Assembly: GCA_964016885.1 (NCBI GenBank)
Contig: OZ024740.1
Span: forward strand, 93,930,001-93,994,000
From: Eledone cirrhosa
Lineage: Eukaryota
Length of the DNA: 64,000 bases
Direction of reading: 5' to 3'
The position numbers were made by a program, and so were the translations under genes. Below the pieces are notes generated by a model. It ran no database searches. It saw nothing but the letters and a program-made list of their open reading frames with translations, and had not been told where the DNA came from. Numbering within the stretch: position 1 is the first letter of the stretch; each line of letters starts with the position of its first letter. Positions 26,610 to 39,800 of the stretch are shown in pieces.

Positions 26610-29600
26610 GCATTTATCTTGCTTTATGTTTATACGAGTTATCACCAAGTCACAACCAGTGACCTCAAGAGACAACAAGGTCCGCCATGTTCAAGAAAGA
26701 ACACACATATTCACACATGCATCCTTAGTGTTTAGACTTGTGATGTACTTATATTGACAGGATCTTCCTTAGTATATGGGCAGTTCCCATTAGTACTATC
26801 TTTTGTATTTCTCCTATACGCGGGTTTCCTGGGATTTGCGATAAGTAGTCGTTAGACCCCTTAGGTATCATTCCCAGAGCGACTACAACCACTGGTATTG
26901 TTTTAGTTCTCAATTTCCACATTTTTCCAATTTCTATCTCCAGGTCCTTATACTTGCTCAATTTTTCAAATGTTTTTATAGATACATTCTTGTCTATTGG
27001 AACAGACATATCAATTAGCAGGCATACCCTCCTTTGAAAGTCCTTCAATATTATATCAGGTCTATTTGCATCTATTTTTCGGTCTGTTTGGATGCTAAAG
27101 TTCCACAAGATTGAGATGTGATCTTTTTCAAGTATGGGAGGTGGTTGATGCTCCCACCAATTCTTTTGATGGGGCAGGTCAAAATGCTTGCACATTATCC
27201 AATGTATGTATTGTGCAGCTCTGTCATGCCTCTTTAGGTATTCGGTTGGAGCTATAGTACTGCACATTGAAATTATATGGTCAATGGTCTCTGGTTGTTT
27301 TTTGCATACACGGCATAATGGGCTGCACCCATCTTTTATTATGTTGGCTTGGTAATTTTTTGTTGGCAGACACTGATCTTGTGCGGATATAATCAGTCCT
27401 TCAGTCTCCGATTTCAGTCCAGAGGATGCCAACCACTGATGGGTTAAAGTTTTGTCAACATCAGGATTGTTAGCACGCTCTGGGTATTTTCCATACAGAG
27501 GCTTTTCTTGCCATTTCTTAGCCAGTTTCTGTAGCAGTTCTTTCTTTGCAGTTACTTTTACCTGCTTTGCTTTTTCTGTGTTTTCCATTTCAGCAGTAAA
27601 TGGGATTTCTGAAATTTGTAGTCCATTACTGTATATTTGTGCATCTTTTGTAATGGAATATGATCTTTTGGTGCTTTCGTGTTTCAAAACGAGTTTGATC
27701 ATCCAATCATGTGATTCCCTTAGATATGTGGATAATCCAATTGTTGCAGTTTTCAACGCAATGTCTAACTGGATTAACCCACGTCCTCCTTCTTTCCTAG
27801 GGAGATATATTCTATCTATGTCTGCCTTAGGGTGATGCATTCTGTGCATGGTTCAGAATTTTCGGATTTTTGTATCGAGCCTACGGATCTCTGAGCTTGA
27901 CCAGTTGATGACATTGTAACTGTAGGTTACTACTGGTATGGCAAGCGTGTTTATGGCATCGATCCTATTCCTTGCATTCAATTCCGTTCTTAAGATTGCT
28001 CTGACTCTGCGGTAACATTCCTTCCTTATCCTTTCCCTCATTGTCGAGTGCTTGATTCCGTCTCCTTCACAAACACCTAGATATTTGTAAGTTTGTTCTT
28101 GATCAAGCTCTCTTATCACGTTCCCCCGATCAAGATTAATGTCTGAACTCTTCAGCAGCTTTCCTCTGGTGAACGTTGCTTTGGCGCATTTATCCAGTCC
28201 AAACTCCATTTTAATGTCATCACTGAACTGCTTCACAGTGGATAATAGCCCTTGCAATTGTTCATCATGTTTTGCAAATAGTTTCAGGTCATCCATGTAG
28301 AACAGGTGATTAATGGTTTTGTCATAGACTCTATATCCATGTTTTGTTTCATTGAGCATTTTACTTAATGGTATAAGTGCGATGCAGAATAAAAGCGGTG
28401 ATAAAGAGTCACCCTGAAAAATTCCACAATTAATGTTAACTTCTCCAGCTTCCAGTGATTTTGTTTCACTATTCAAAAGGAGTGTCGTTCTCCATGTCCT
28501 CATACTGAATGACAAAAACCTCCTGATAACGGGGGATATTTTGAAAATCTCTAAACATTTTTCCATCCAACTGTGTGGCAAACTATCAAATGCTTTTTTA
28601 TAATCTATCCAAGCAATCGATAGATTTTTGTGTCTATTATGACAATCTTCCAGTATCATTTTGTTAACCAGAAGCTGATACTTACAGCCATATGGGCCTC
28701 GTTTACACCCTTTCTGCTCAATGGGAAATAGGTCATTTGTTATCAGGTGGTCATATGTGTATTCAGTTAGGACTGATGTTAAAATGTTATACATTGTGGT
28801 CAAGCAGGTTATCGGTCTGTAATTTTGGGGATTGTTTGTCTCATCATTCTTCGGTAGCAGGAATGTATTGCCGTTAACTAGCCATGGTGGTATCTTTTCT
28901 GGCTCCTTAACTATTTCATTGTAAAGTTGGGTTAACAGCTCATGAGACTCTGTGAAGGCAGTTATCCAAAATTTTGTATTTTGTCTTTTCCTGGGTATTT
29001 CCATTTGCTGGTTTTTCTTAGAGCCAAGCGCAGCTGTTCAACTGTTATATTTTCCCATGTTTGTTCTTCAAGGTGAGCTGTTTCTTTCATTTGTCTGTCT
29101 ATCCATGGGGCATGTATGTTATGAACTTTTTCTTCGGCCCAGATCTTTTCCCAGAATTCTTGCACTTCCTCCTTGGGTGGTATTGATTTAGCAGTTATTG
29201 TTGACTTACCAATTTTTCTATAGAAGTTTCTTTGGTTGTTTTTGAACATATATTATTGTCCTTATAGAATCTAGATCGTTTTTCAAAGCGCCTTATACGA
29301 GCAGCCTTGGCCGACTCTTTTTGCTTGATTGTTTCTATGAGCATCTCTATGTCACATGTTGATCTTATACTGTACTTTTTTTTCAATTTTCTAAGTTTAG
29401 TTTGTTTAACATGTTCACCTACTTTATAGTTTGTTAAAATTTCTATGTCAGATTGGAGAAGGTTTATTTGGCGATTGATGTTATCTTGCCAAGTAGATTT
29501 CTTGTGGGAATTCCTTTGTTTTTTCATCTTCACTCCACATAAGGTGAGTGGTGACTTTAGCCGATGCATAATAGAGATGATTTAAGTCAGTAATGTTTAG

Positions 29601-31505
29601 TTTGTTTGTGATGATAATGTTTTTGAGAATTATGTTAGTCTTGTGTATTATCTTTTGGTTCTGTTTGGAGTTCTGGATCTTAGGGAGGGTGTCTCGTTCC
29701 CCCATGTCAGATTCTTTCATTTTCATCCATTCGATCATAATTTCATCCTTCAAGTTGGCAAGTTCATTCTCATTCATTTCTTTATCATTTACGATCTCAT
29801 TATTTTCATTTGGAGTTTCATCCTGAGCATGCACTCCCTCCACTTTTTCGCTCCTTTCTTTAATTTGTTCTGTTGCCACTGATTCCGCCCCAACTCTGGG
29901 ATTCGAAGTGTTACAGTTTACCTCGTTTTCACTGACACATGCTTCATTTTCCCTTCGCTGACTTTGTGCTACTAGCTTGATCTGATCAATTTCTATATAA
30001 GTTAGTAACTTTTTTCTTACAATATTTCTTCGTATATTGGCTAGTTTGTTACTGTCAATATAGCCTCTGTTTTCGGGATGTTTCTTTTTCCAGTTGATAT
30101 ATGTTTGCTCTGTATTCGATGTATTTGATGGGTAGTACATGGCAGTGTAGAAAGCCTCAAGAACTTCTTTATTATCTTCCCTTGACCATTTTTCTCTCTT
30201 TTTCTTTGGATTTCTTGGTGGTGAGCATGGAGGGCCAACAGTAGGAGTATTCCGGTTATGGGAGGTCTCCAGCTCCGAAGTGATGGGAAGGTTTGAACCA
30301 TTAGCTGATTTTTCGACCCCAGTCTGGTTCCTCTCTGAGGGACGCGGCCCTTTTTTACCCGGGTGACGGCCGATCCGGTATGAGATTTCATCATTAGACA
30401 TCTACTTTATTTTGTCGCGTTTTATCCTTATCCGCCAAGGGGTAATCTTTTCGTGTTACCACTTCTAGAACGAGTGTCAACCAAGACTAGAGGGGTCGGT
30501 CTCCCCTAGAGACATGGCTATTCCCCGCCGGCCGCCATCCCGGTATTTCTTGGTCACGGGGTTTTCTTTTTGTTGTTTTTTTTAAATTGTTATTATCATG
30601 AGTGGTTCCTTAATGTGAGCATTGCGTGGCTTAAGAATGAAATTATTAATAATTGTCTCCACTCCAGGCACAAGGCCAGCAATCACCTAGTGCATTACAA
30701 TAATATAATATACTTTTTGTTGTAGTTGACTGTTATTGCTGCTGGCTATGTCGGTGGTGGTGCTGGGGCTTTTTATATTGTTGGTGAGGAAGGGGTGAGC
30801 CAGCAGTCCCATAATTGTTGATGTAGACGTTTGGCCGTGGCAAGGTCACCAAGACAATCTATTTATATCTTTTGCTAGCCTCTCTCTTGTCTAGTGCTAC
30901 CACCACCTTCCCTTTTCTCTCTCAAGTTAACAGGGGAATAGTGTCAGTAGCATTGAATGAGTGGTGGCGGGGATGATGGATGTGGTGGGGTGGTGGCAGC
31001 GGTGGTGTTGTGGTTACTGATATAGTATCTATGAGTTTGTGTTCGTATGTTTAATATATATCTTCATTATATTTTGTGTTGACATATTCCCGTAAAATTT
31101 GAATTAAACATTTTTTTAAAATTTGAGACAATAATAATAGTAATTATTATTATGATGCCGGTGAAGTTGCCGTTATATTTAGTGTGATGGGATAGGTAGT
31201 GTATCAAGTTTCTGGTGTTGGTGAAATTGAAATTGCCGCTGTTCTATATAGTGTAGACAGAGGGTGTTTTGTTCCATTTATAACCATTTTCTTTTTTTGA
31301 ATACAAAATATATAATACAAAATTGAATATTTGAGCGATACAACGATATAATATGGATCCGAAACTTTATGGGACCTCATTCGGTGCCTTTATGCAACAT
31401 TTGTGCTAAGAATTGTTCTTTCACAATTGATTTAAATATGTTAAAAATCAAAAAACTTACGGGAGCAATTTCGTGACGTTCTACCACCTCGTGCGTCTTC
31501 TTCCC
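26610..31505 (-). mobile_element. R4/Dong-like RLE retrotransposon, family B copy 1 (full length, frameshifted)
   Basis: ORF pieces between 26749 and 30401 with RT (IDYKKAFD, GIFQGDSLSP, YMDDLKL), CRVC..ETIDHIISMC, RHD and RPDIIL..IDMSVP..K..KY RLE motif. Both ends in (TAA)n. Confidence 0.92.
30641..30697 (-). mobile_element. SINE 3' tail fragment inside the Dong-B leader
   Basis: Reverse complement TAATGCACTAGGTGATTGCTGGCCTTGTGCCTGGAGTGGAGACAATTATT matches the SINE tail at 47098-47144. Confidence 0.7.
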
Positions 31506-31561
<56 letters not shown>

Positions 31562-31567
31562 GTTATT

Positions 31568-34500
31568 CCTTGAATCTCAGTCATTGATGTTGGTTAACTG
31601 GAAAGTCCGTTGGAATGAAAATCAAGCCACTACCTGCAGCCTCAGATATACAGGACGTATCGGAGGGTTATTGCTGTTCCAAGCAAGCATGCCTTTTGAA
31701 GCGTTCCAAAAAGCGTGAAGGGGCCGATTTTCTTTAACCATCCCTGGAAACTTTTGGAGACAGTCCCCAGTGCGCCTATGACAATCGGGATCACTTTGAC
31801 TTCATGGCAGTTCCAAATCCTTTTCACCTCCCATTTTAGGTCCTGGTATCGGTTAATTTTCTCCCTCTCCTTCTCTTGCACTCTCGTGTCGAAAGGGCAG
31901 GCCACATCCACAATCAGACACGATCTTTTGTCTTTGTCCACAACCACCAGGTCAGGTCTATTGTGTTCCAGTTTTTTGTCCGTCTGTATCCTAAAATCCC
32001 ACAGCACCTTCACCTGATTGTTCTCCATCACCGCCTCTGGCCTATGCTCATACCATTTCTCAGAATGTGGTAAATTGTTTACTTTGCACAGGTGCCAGTG
32101 GATCACCCTGCCCATCACATCGTGTCTCCAGCCCTTATAGTGGGTCTGGGCTAGGTGTTTACACTCGGACACAATGTGAGCCACAGTCCCCTCTCTCTCT
32201 CCACAGATCCAGCACAGTGGGCTAGCCTACTCCTTGTAAATATGGTGCTTCAACCACTTCGTTTTGAGGGCCTGCTCCTGCGCAGCCATTAGCATTCCTT
32301 CTGTAGCCTTTTTGAGGTCTCCTCGTCTCAACCAGTTCCATGTCTGTGGATCTCTAAATTCAGTTTTCTCAAAGAAGGTACTATGAAGCGATTTTCCCTT
32401 AAGGCTGCTCTTCCTCCTTGATGTTATTTCCTCCTTGGACATCCCCTGGCCTACTGTCCCCTCCTTCAGTACAGTTCTGAGCATTGGCTCCTTACTATAG
32501 GTCACGTATTTGTATAGGTTGTTTTTCTCCATCTGAACACAGTCCTCTATGCTGATAAGACCTCTTCCACCCTCAGATCTCCTTAGGTAGAGTCTATCGA
32601 CATCACTCCTCTTGTGGAACATGTTGTAGATAGTCAATAGCTTCCTAGTCTTCCTATCCATTTCTTTTTGTTCAGCAACATTCCATCTCAGAATTCCCGC
32701 ACTGTACCTAATAATAGACACAGCTCGGGAATTTACTGCGCTTATGGCATTTCTGCTGTTCAGATGTGACTTCAATACGCTCCTTACTCTCCGAATGTAT
32801 TCAGTTCTTAACAATTCCTTCATTTTTTTGTTCTTTATGCCATCAGCCTCCAGAACGCCCAAATACTTGTATCCTTCCACAGAGTCAATTTCCTTTATCA
32901 TCTCACCTGTTGGTATCTGGATCCCGTTACTGCTGCTCAACCTACCCCTCCTCATCACAATGACTCCACATTTACTAATACCAAATTGCATACATATATC
33001 ACTGCTGAAAATACGGACAGTGTCAACAAGCACATCCAACTCCTTCTCACTTTTCCCGAAGAGCTTAAGATCGTCCATGAAGAGGAGGTGATTGATGGTA
33101 AGCTCTCCCTTTCCCAACTTGTATCCTGTTCTCACTTTTCGCAGCATAATGGTCAAGGGCATCAGGGCAAGGACAAACAACAGAGGGGACAGGCTATCTC
33201 CCTGGAAGATACCTCTCTTGATCTTCACGCTTCCCAAGGATACTCCAGTTGATGTCAACTCTGTCTCCCAGGACCCCATACTCCTGCCCAGCAACTCTCT
33301 GATGTTATCTGCCACCGTGAAGATCTCCAGGCTTTTGGTGATCCAATAATGAGGCACCATGTCAAATACCTTTCTGTAGTCTATCCATCCCATGGCAACA
33401 TCAGTGTGTCTCCTCCTGCAATTCCCCATTACCATATTATCAATAAGTAACTGGTCCTTTGTACCACGTGACTTCTTTCGGCATCCTTTCTGTTCGTCCG
33501 GTAACAAGTTGTTTGTGTGGAGGTGATGGTAGATTTCTTCAGACACAATGCTCGTCAACAGTTTCCACATTACGGACAGACATGTGACAGGTCTATAGTT
33601 GGTAACATCATTACCCTTGATTCGGTCTTTCATTATCAGAACTGTGGTACCTTTTGTCAACCACTCTGGCACCTCACCCGACACCAAGCAGTCATTGAAC
33701 ATGGCCGTCAGCTTCGGGTGGAGGGATGTTAAATGTTTAATCCAATACCCCTGCACACCATCTGGGCCTGGTGATATCCAGTTGGTTATTTTGTTGTCCT
33801 GCCCCTTAAGAGTTTCAACTGTGATACTCAAATCAGTTTGTTGGTGTGCCTGCTCACCGATCTCCCTCTGTACTGTCTCAATCCACCCTGCCTGGACATT
33901 ATGTCTAACATCCTGCTCTGAAATTCCTCTCCAGAATGTTTTAGTTTGCTCCGCCCCAGGGATCAAGTCGTTGCCTCTTTCTTTCCCCTCAAGCTGTCCA
34001 AACAGCATCTTCTGGTTGTTGTCGAACATGCGGTTCTGTTTATACTGACAGACTCTGTTCTCGTATCGCCTGATTTTTGCACTCTTTGCTACAATGCGTT
34101 GCTTCAGTTCCTCTATGATAATATTTAGCTTTTTCCTCCTAGTGTTGTACTTTATTTCCAGTCTATTTTTAGTGCCTATGTTTTTTAGTGTCCCATTCAG
34201 TAGTGACTCAAGCTTTCCTATGTCATTTCTCATTTCCCCGATTTGACCACTCAGTCGTTTCTTCCACCACGGCTCTGCTCTTTCTTGTCTGTTGTTTCCT
34301 CTCGCTTTTATACCAAGTAGTTTCCTCACCGTATTTGCTGTTGCTTTGAGGATATTGTTGCACTGGTGAAGGCTCCTCGCCTCAAGGTATGGAATGACTT
34401 TGTTTACCATAGCTGTTGTTTCTTTTAACTTTTTCCTGTCTACAAATCTTAGGTTCATAGGTCTCCCACTATCACTGTTCACTTCATCTACCACTAAATT

Positions 34501-36108
34501 TAGGATGTCAACCGAATCTTGTCCTAGCCCGTCAGCATTCATCTCCTCAGTGGCCGTATCTCTGTTCCAGGTATTATTTATCACAGTATTCAGATCATTG
34601 TCTGCTTCGGGTGGTTCCTCCGTTCTCAGGACCTCTTCACCTTCATTTCCCACTGGCTCGCTTGTCTGGCATACTACACCCGCCATCTCCAAGCCATTCT
34701 CTCTGCTCAGTTCCTCCAGTTCCAGCTCGCTTATCCACCCATTAGTTCTTATTACCCGAGCCTGCCCGGCCAATTTTTGTTCATCTAATTTAAATAGACC
34801 AATCTCGTTCCAGATGTTATGCATCCGTCTCCTGTAGACCCTCTCCTTGGGGTTACTTTTCAGGTAACATTGCATAACAGTTCTATTCAATTCTTTCGTC
34901 CAGTTGGTTCTGGACCCTTTCCCTCTTCTTCTTCCTCCAACATCAGCAGTATTTGGTTGGCAGTCAGGTTCCTGCTGCTGAGCCAAGGGGCACCTGTTGG
35001 GTGAGAGTCTGTCACATGACGTTCTAGTCTCCATTTCACCGTTATTCGAACTGTTTATGTTCGATATTTAAACACTCTTATCGAGGATTGGCGAATGTAT
35101 GGTTACATAGCCATCTGTGGATTCGCCGTTCCACTTGGCCCTTGTGTGGCATTATCACCACGCTGTATACGAACACACATAAACAAACAAACACACAGGC
35201 AGAAAGGGCCCCAAAAATGAATAAGCATAAGTTTCATTGTAATGTAGTGTTCGAATGTCTGACTTAGTTTTTGTTTTTTTAGTTTTAGTTTTTCACCCTC
35301 TTCTCTGTCCGTCCGCCTGCTTCTCTCTTCATTCTTATTTTCTTAACGTTTTTTGTTTTTTTTTGTTTTTGTTTTTCTCTGTTTGTTTTTCTCGTTTTTT
35401 GCTGTTGTTGCTGTGCTGCTTTGGTTTTGTTGTTTGTTTTTCCTTTTTCTTTTGAGTATGTCTATATATTTTGATGCCTTCCTCTTTTTTAGTAGTAGGA
35501 ATTCTATAATGTGGTGGCAGCAGCCAGCTGAGAGAATGGGTGACTGGCGGCGGTAGCGATACTGAGACAGTGGTGGTGGTGATGTCGATACCGAGGCAGT
35601 GGTGGTGGTGATGTGATAGTATTACTGTAGTGATGGTGTTGTAGCGGTGGTAGCAGTGAAGGAGTGAAGGAGTGGTTGTGGCGGTGATGGGATAGTGGTG
35701 GTAATGATGGCAGTAGTGAGCGGTGGTGGTGAAATTGCCGTTATCTGGCTGTTGTGTTTAGTGTACACAGGTGATGAGGTGGCTGGTATATCTAGTTTCT
35801 GGTGTTGGTGAGTTTGGCTGTTCTATATAGTGTAGACAGAGGAGAGGAGGGGGGGGGGGGGGGTTATTCTTCCATTTATAGCCATTTTCTTTTTTGGGAT
35901 ATACAGTGTACAATACAAAGTTGAATATTTGAATATTTGAGCCTTATAACAATATATTTTGGGTCCGAATTTTGTTGGGCTCAAGCCGAGTGCTTTACGT
36001 AGCATTTGTACTAAGAGTTGTTATTTCACAGATGATTTAAATATGTTAAAAATTCAAAACTTAAGGGAGTGATTTCATGACCTCCGACACCTCGTGCGTC
36101 TTCTTCCC
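31568..36108 (-). mobile_element. R4/Dong-like RLE retrotransposon, family A copy 2 (full length, near-intact)
   Basis: One reading frame 35034 to 31642 broken only by TAG at 32227-29. RT, CCHC and RHD..RPD..D..K RLE motifs. (TAA)n on both flanks. Confidence 0.95.
31642..35034 (-). pseudogene. Dong-A polyprotein (RT, CCHC, RLE) with one nonsense mutation
   Basis: The 935-aa and 180-aa ORFs are in the same frame. Copy 3 has GAG where this copy has TAG. Confidence 0.9.
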
Positions 36109-36121
36109 TATTATTATTATA

Positions 36122-36184
<63 letters not shown>

Positions 36185-36777
36185 GAACGCCATGGTTGAC
36201 GGAGGCTCGGCTCTGTAAGTTATTGTACATTTTGACCGCTATAACAATTGTAAATTGTTTAAAACTTTAACCAAATTGTAGACAAAAACAGCCTCCTCCT
36301 CGTGAGAGGGGTCTTTCTGCCCGTTAGTCGGCCCTTCGGGGGTTAAATAAACGCTTATTGGGGTTTTGTGCCCAATATTTATTTTAAACAAAAAATACAT
36401 GGCTACGAAAAAGAATGTTCATAGGTCACTCCCACACATTCCGTCTTCTTCTTCATCAATCGTCACTACAGTAGAGAGAAGATTGTCTCTCTCCCGCCCT
36501 TCTCTAAATATGTTTCTATCCCTCCCTTCTCTTTTGCAAGCGACGCCAGTAAAGAAAATCACGTGCAAAGCATGGAACATTTCTCCACGACGACGAAAAC
36601 GACGAAAAAGATGTGCGGTAAATACGAAAACCCATTTCATTCGTATGACGTCATGAATAATAGCAGTAGCAGCCGTAATAACAGCAGCATCAGCAACAGT
36701 GACAAGAAAAACAACAGTAGCAGCCGAAACAGCATCAGCAGCAGCATAAACAACAACAGCATTAGCAGCAACAGAAA

Positions 36778-36809
<32 letters not shown>

Positions 36810-39800
36810 ACAACAACCACAGCAACAGCGGCGGTGGCAGTAGTCGTAGTACCTGCAGCAACAACAAAAGTAACAGCAGCTCTGACGACGACAACAACAA
36901 CAACAGCAGCAACAAAAAACAATCTCGTTTGCAGGTATCGCAAAGAACCTGGAAACCATCCTCATAACAAATGAGGAATTACAGGAAGCGAAGAAGATGG
37001 TGACGAAAACCGGACACTGAGCAATCTGCAAGGCAGCCGAAACATTTTTCGAAACCCAACAGCACTGTACGGTCACGTACCGTACAGTAAACACAAAATC
37101 CCTTAGGGTTGAAAGAGCCACATATGCTCAAATACAAAAAGCCTTAGGGTCCGTTTGGCAGCGGAAAACGCATATCACCCGAGGCAAGAAATATGCCACT
37201 GTAGACGTGCTTTTTGCCACACCCCAGGAGGCAAAGGCTCAATCCTTAGTGACCCCAAGGAGCGAGGAAATGGTGTTGTTGTCCTCTAACTGCGGGCAAA
37301 AAATCGTGAGGGTCAGACTGACCCACGTTCCCCGGGGATGGCCCCTTCTTGGCTGGCCGCGTCTGTCCTCGTCGGAATCGAGGACAAAACAATTGTACTG
37401 CACCTGCATTGAGATGTTAATCCAAACCAACCAGGAGCGCATCGAAGCTATCCCGGATGTGATAGACTTCGATGACGGCACTCAACTGCAACGAGAAGAC
37501 CCTGAGAAAGGAGAAAACCCCCCACCTTCCGAAACCGGCTCCACAGCTACCAGCAACAGGACACGCGGCAAACAGGAATGATAGGTCCGTGGCACCCATA
37601 CCCACGCCACGGAAACCAAGAACAGCAGCAGCAGTGGAAGTATTAACAACAACAGTAATACCAACTGCAGCTCCAACAGAGACTCCACTGCAAACATCAC
37701 CTACAACAACAAGTGAAAGAGTGGAGCTGGTACCCCTCCCCGACCTCACATAATCAGACATGGAGTGTGAGGTGGCAGAGGGATGGCAAAAGGTCGCAAG
37801 AAGGCACAAACGCAGAAGCAGCGCATCGTCGCCTTCGAAAAGGGAGGAAAGAAATGAAAAAAGGGTAAAGGCTACTGCAAAGAGACTCACAGCAGCAACA
37901 CCACCAACACAATCACCACCCACACTAGCACCACCATGACCACCGGCTACAACCCCACCGCCAACAACAACAACACCTTCAACACCACCACCACAAACAC
38001 CAACATCGCAAACACAACAACAAAACACACACATCCAGCAACAACGACAAGAAAATAGCAGAACCACACCCCACCACCAGAAAAACAAATGCACGGCAAT
38101 AAATACACACAACAAGAAACTAATGACTTACATAATTAAACACACAAACATTTCACAGCACGACTACATAATACCAGCACCAATCAAAACACCAAAGAAC
38201 ATAAACTGGTAAGAATTACACAGAAACAATACACAAACATTAAAACGAAATTCCCCAACGCAGTTGGTGATTTCAGGGACATCGGAGGGACTCTCAACCG
38301 GAGAGTATATACCGACATACTAATAGAAGAGCCGACGACCAGCCGAAGGGACGATTCAACGATCCCTTCACCAGACGATCAAGTGAAAAGTGTTGGAGAA
38401 ACCATCCTTCCTCTACGAAAAGTACGGTAAGTGTTCTTTCCCATCTATTCCACTCCATTTTAAACATGACCTCACTCAGAATAGGCAGCATAAATGCGCG
38501 GGCTTGGGGTCGTCATGGAAGCAGGGCCACCTGCTGAACGACCTCAGGTCACTAAACATAGATTTAGTGGCAATCAGCGAGACCAGAATCTCCGAAGCAC
38601 GGGCCTTCGCACAGATTTTCGGCGGCTACGATGTGTACGCATCTCCCAGCCATCCTGGATTTGGGGGAGGAGTTGCTGTGCTTTTTCGGAGAGGTTTGGA
38701 TCTCGCCATACGGGCCATCTTCCTGGACCCAGAGGGTAAGTTGGTGGTGCTGGACTTGAACAACGGAGACTGGCAAGCTTCAGATAGTGGCCGTCTATGC
38801 ATCGAAAGGAGCAGGGCGGTCTGATTTCTTCCGGCGTCTAGAGACCTTTCTTGGAACGCCCCGCTCTTTAGTGTTAGTGGGCGACTGGAACGAGATCTTA
38901 GATGCACGCTGGGATTAGCGGATAGGGGAGGAGGGTGCAGGATCCTCACCAACCTGCTCAGGCGTTTTGAACTGTCTGAGAGGTACCGATTGTATTTCCC
39001 GAATGTACCAATGTGGATTTGGACAAATCGCAATGGGTCATCCAGATCATAGCTAGATAGAGTATTTTGTAGGGTAATAGATAGGTCTAGCATAGGCTGT
39101 CTACAATTCAAGATAGTCAGCTACACGGACCACAAATTCGTGATCTGTGTTCTTTACTCAGATTCGCTTCAAAGACGAGGTCTCCGGCTACTGGAAGCTA
39201 AACGCGTCCTTACCAGCGCGCAAGGCCTACAGAGACCGGATTAGCGAACAAGTTAAGCGGGCGTTGACGGGGGCCATCGTCAACAACAAGTGGTAGTTGG
39301 TTCTGAAAAGAGTGATTAGAATAGAGTCCATTAGGTTTAGTAAGGCTTTAGCAATAGAGAAAAATAGAGCAGAGGTAGAACTAGTTAGACAATTAGACGA
39401 GGCGCTTAGCAAAGGCATCGCTACCGACGTGCTTGCGGCGAAATTGGCCCTTGACCAATTCTTCAATGCAAAGCACGAAGGCTGCGTTGTCAGAGATAGG
39501 GTGCGTGCTCTCAGACACGAGGGGACGAAAGCCTTTCAATGGGCCCAATTGGCGGATACGCATCGTGGCAACAAAGCTGAGATCCGGTCTTTGGTGGACC
39601 ACGACGGGCGCATGCTACTCGATCCCGGGAACATGTGTGAAGCTTTTCAGCGACACTTCTCTCAGCTGTTCGGGGGCATCGGTGGGCCGGGTCGAGGGAT
39701 GCACTTTAGTGTCTACCTCGACGGACTGCCGCGGCTCTCGGCCACTGAGGCGGAGTGTTGCGAAAAGCCGATAACAGCCGCTGATGTACGGGAGGAAATG

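Noticed and set aside
30420-30570. HDV-like ribozyme upstream of the Dong-B ORF
   Set aside because: Several stems are visible, but I could not assemble the nested double pseudoknot by eye; needs a descriptor search.
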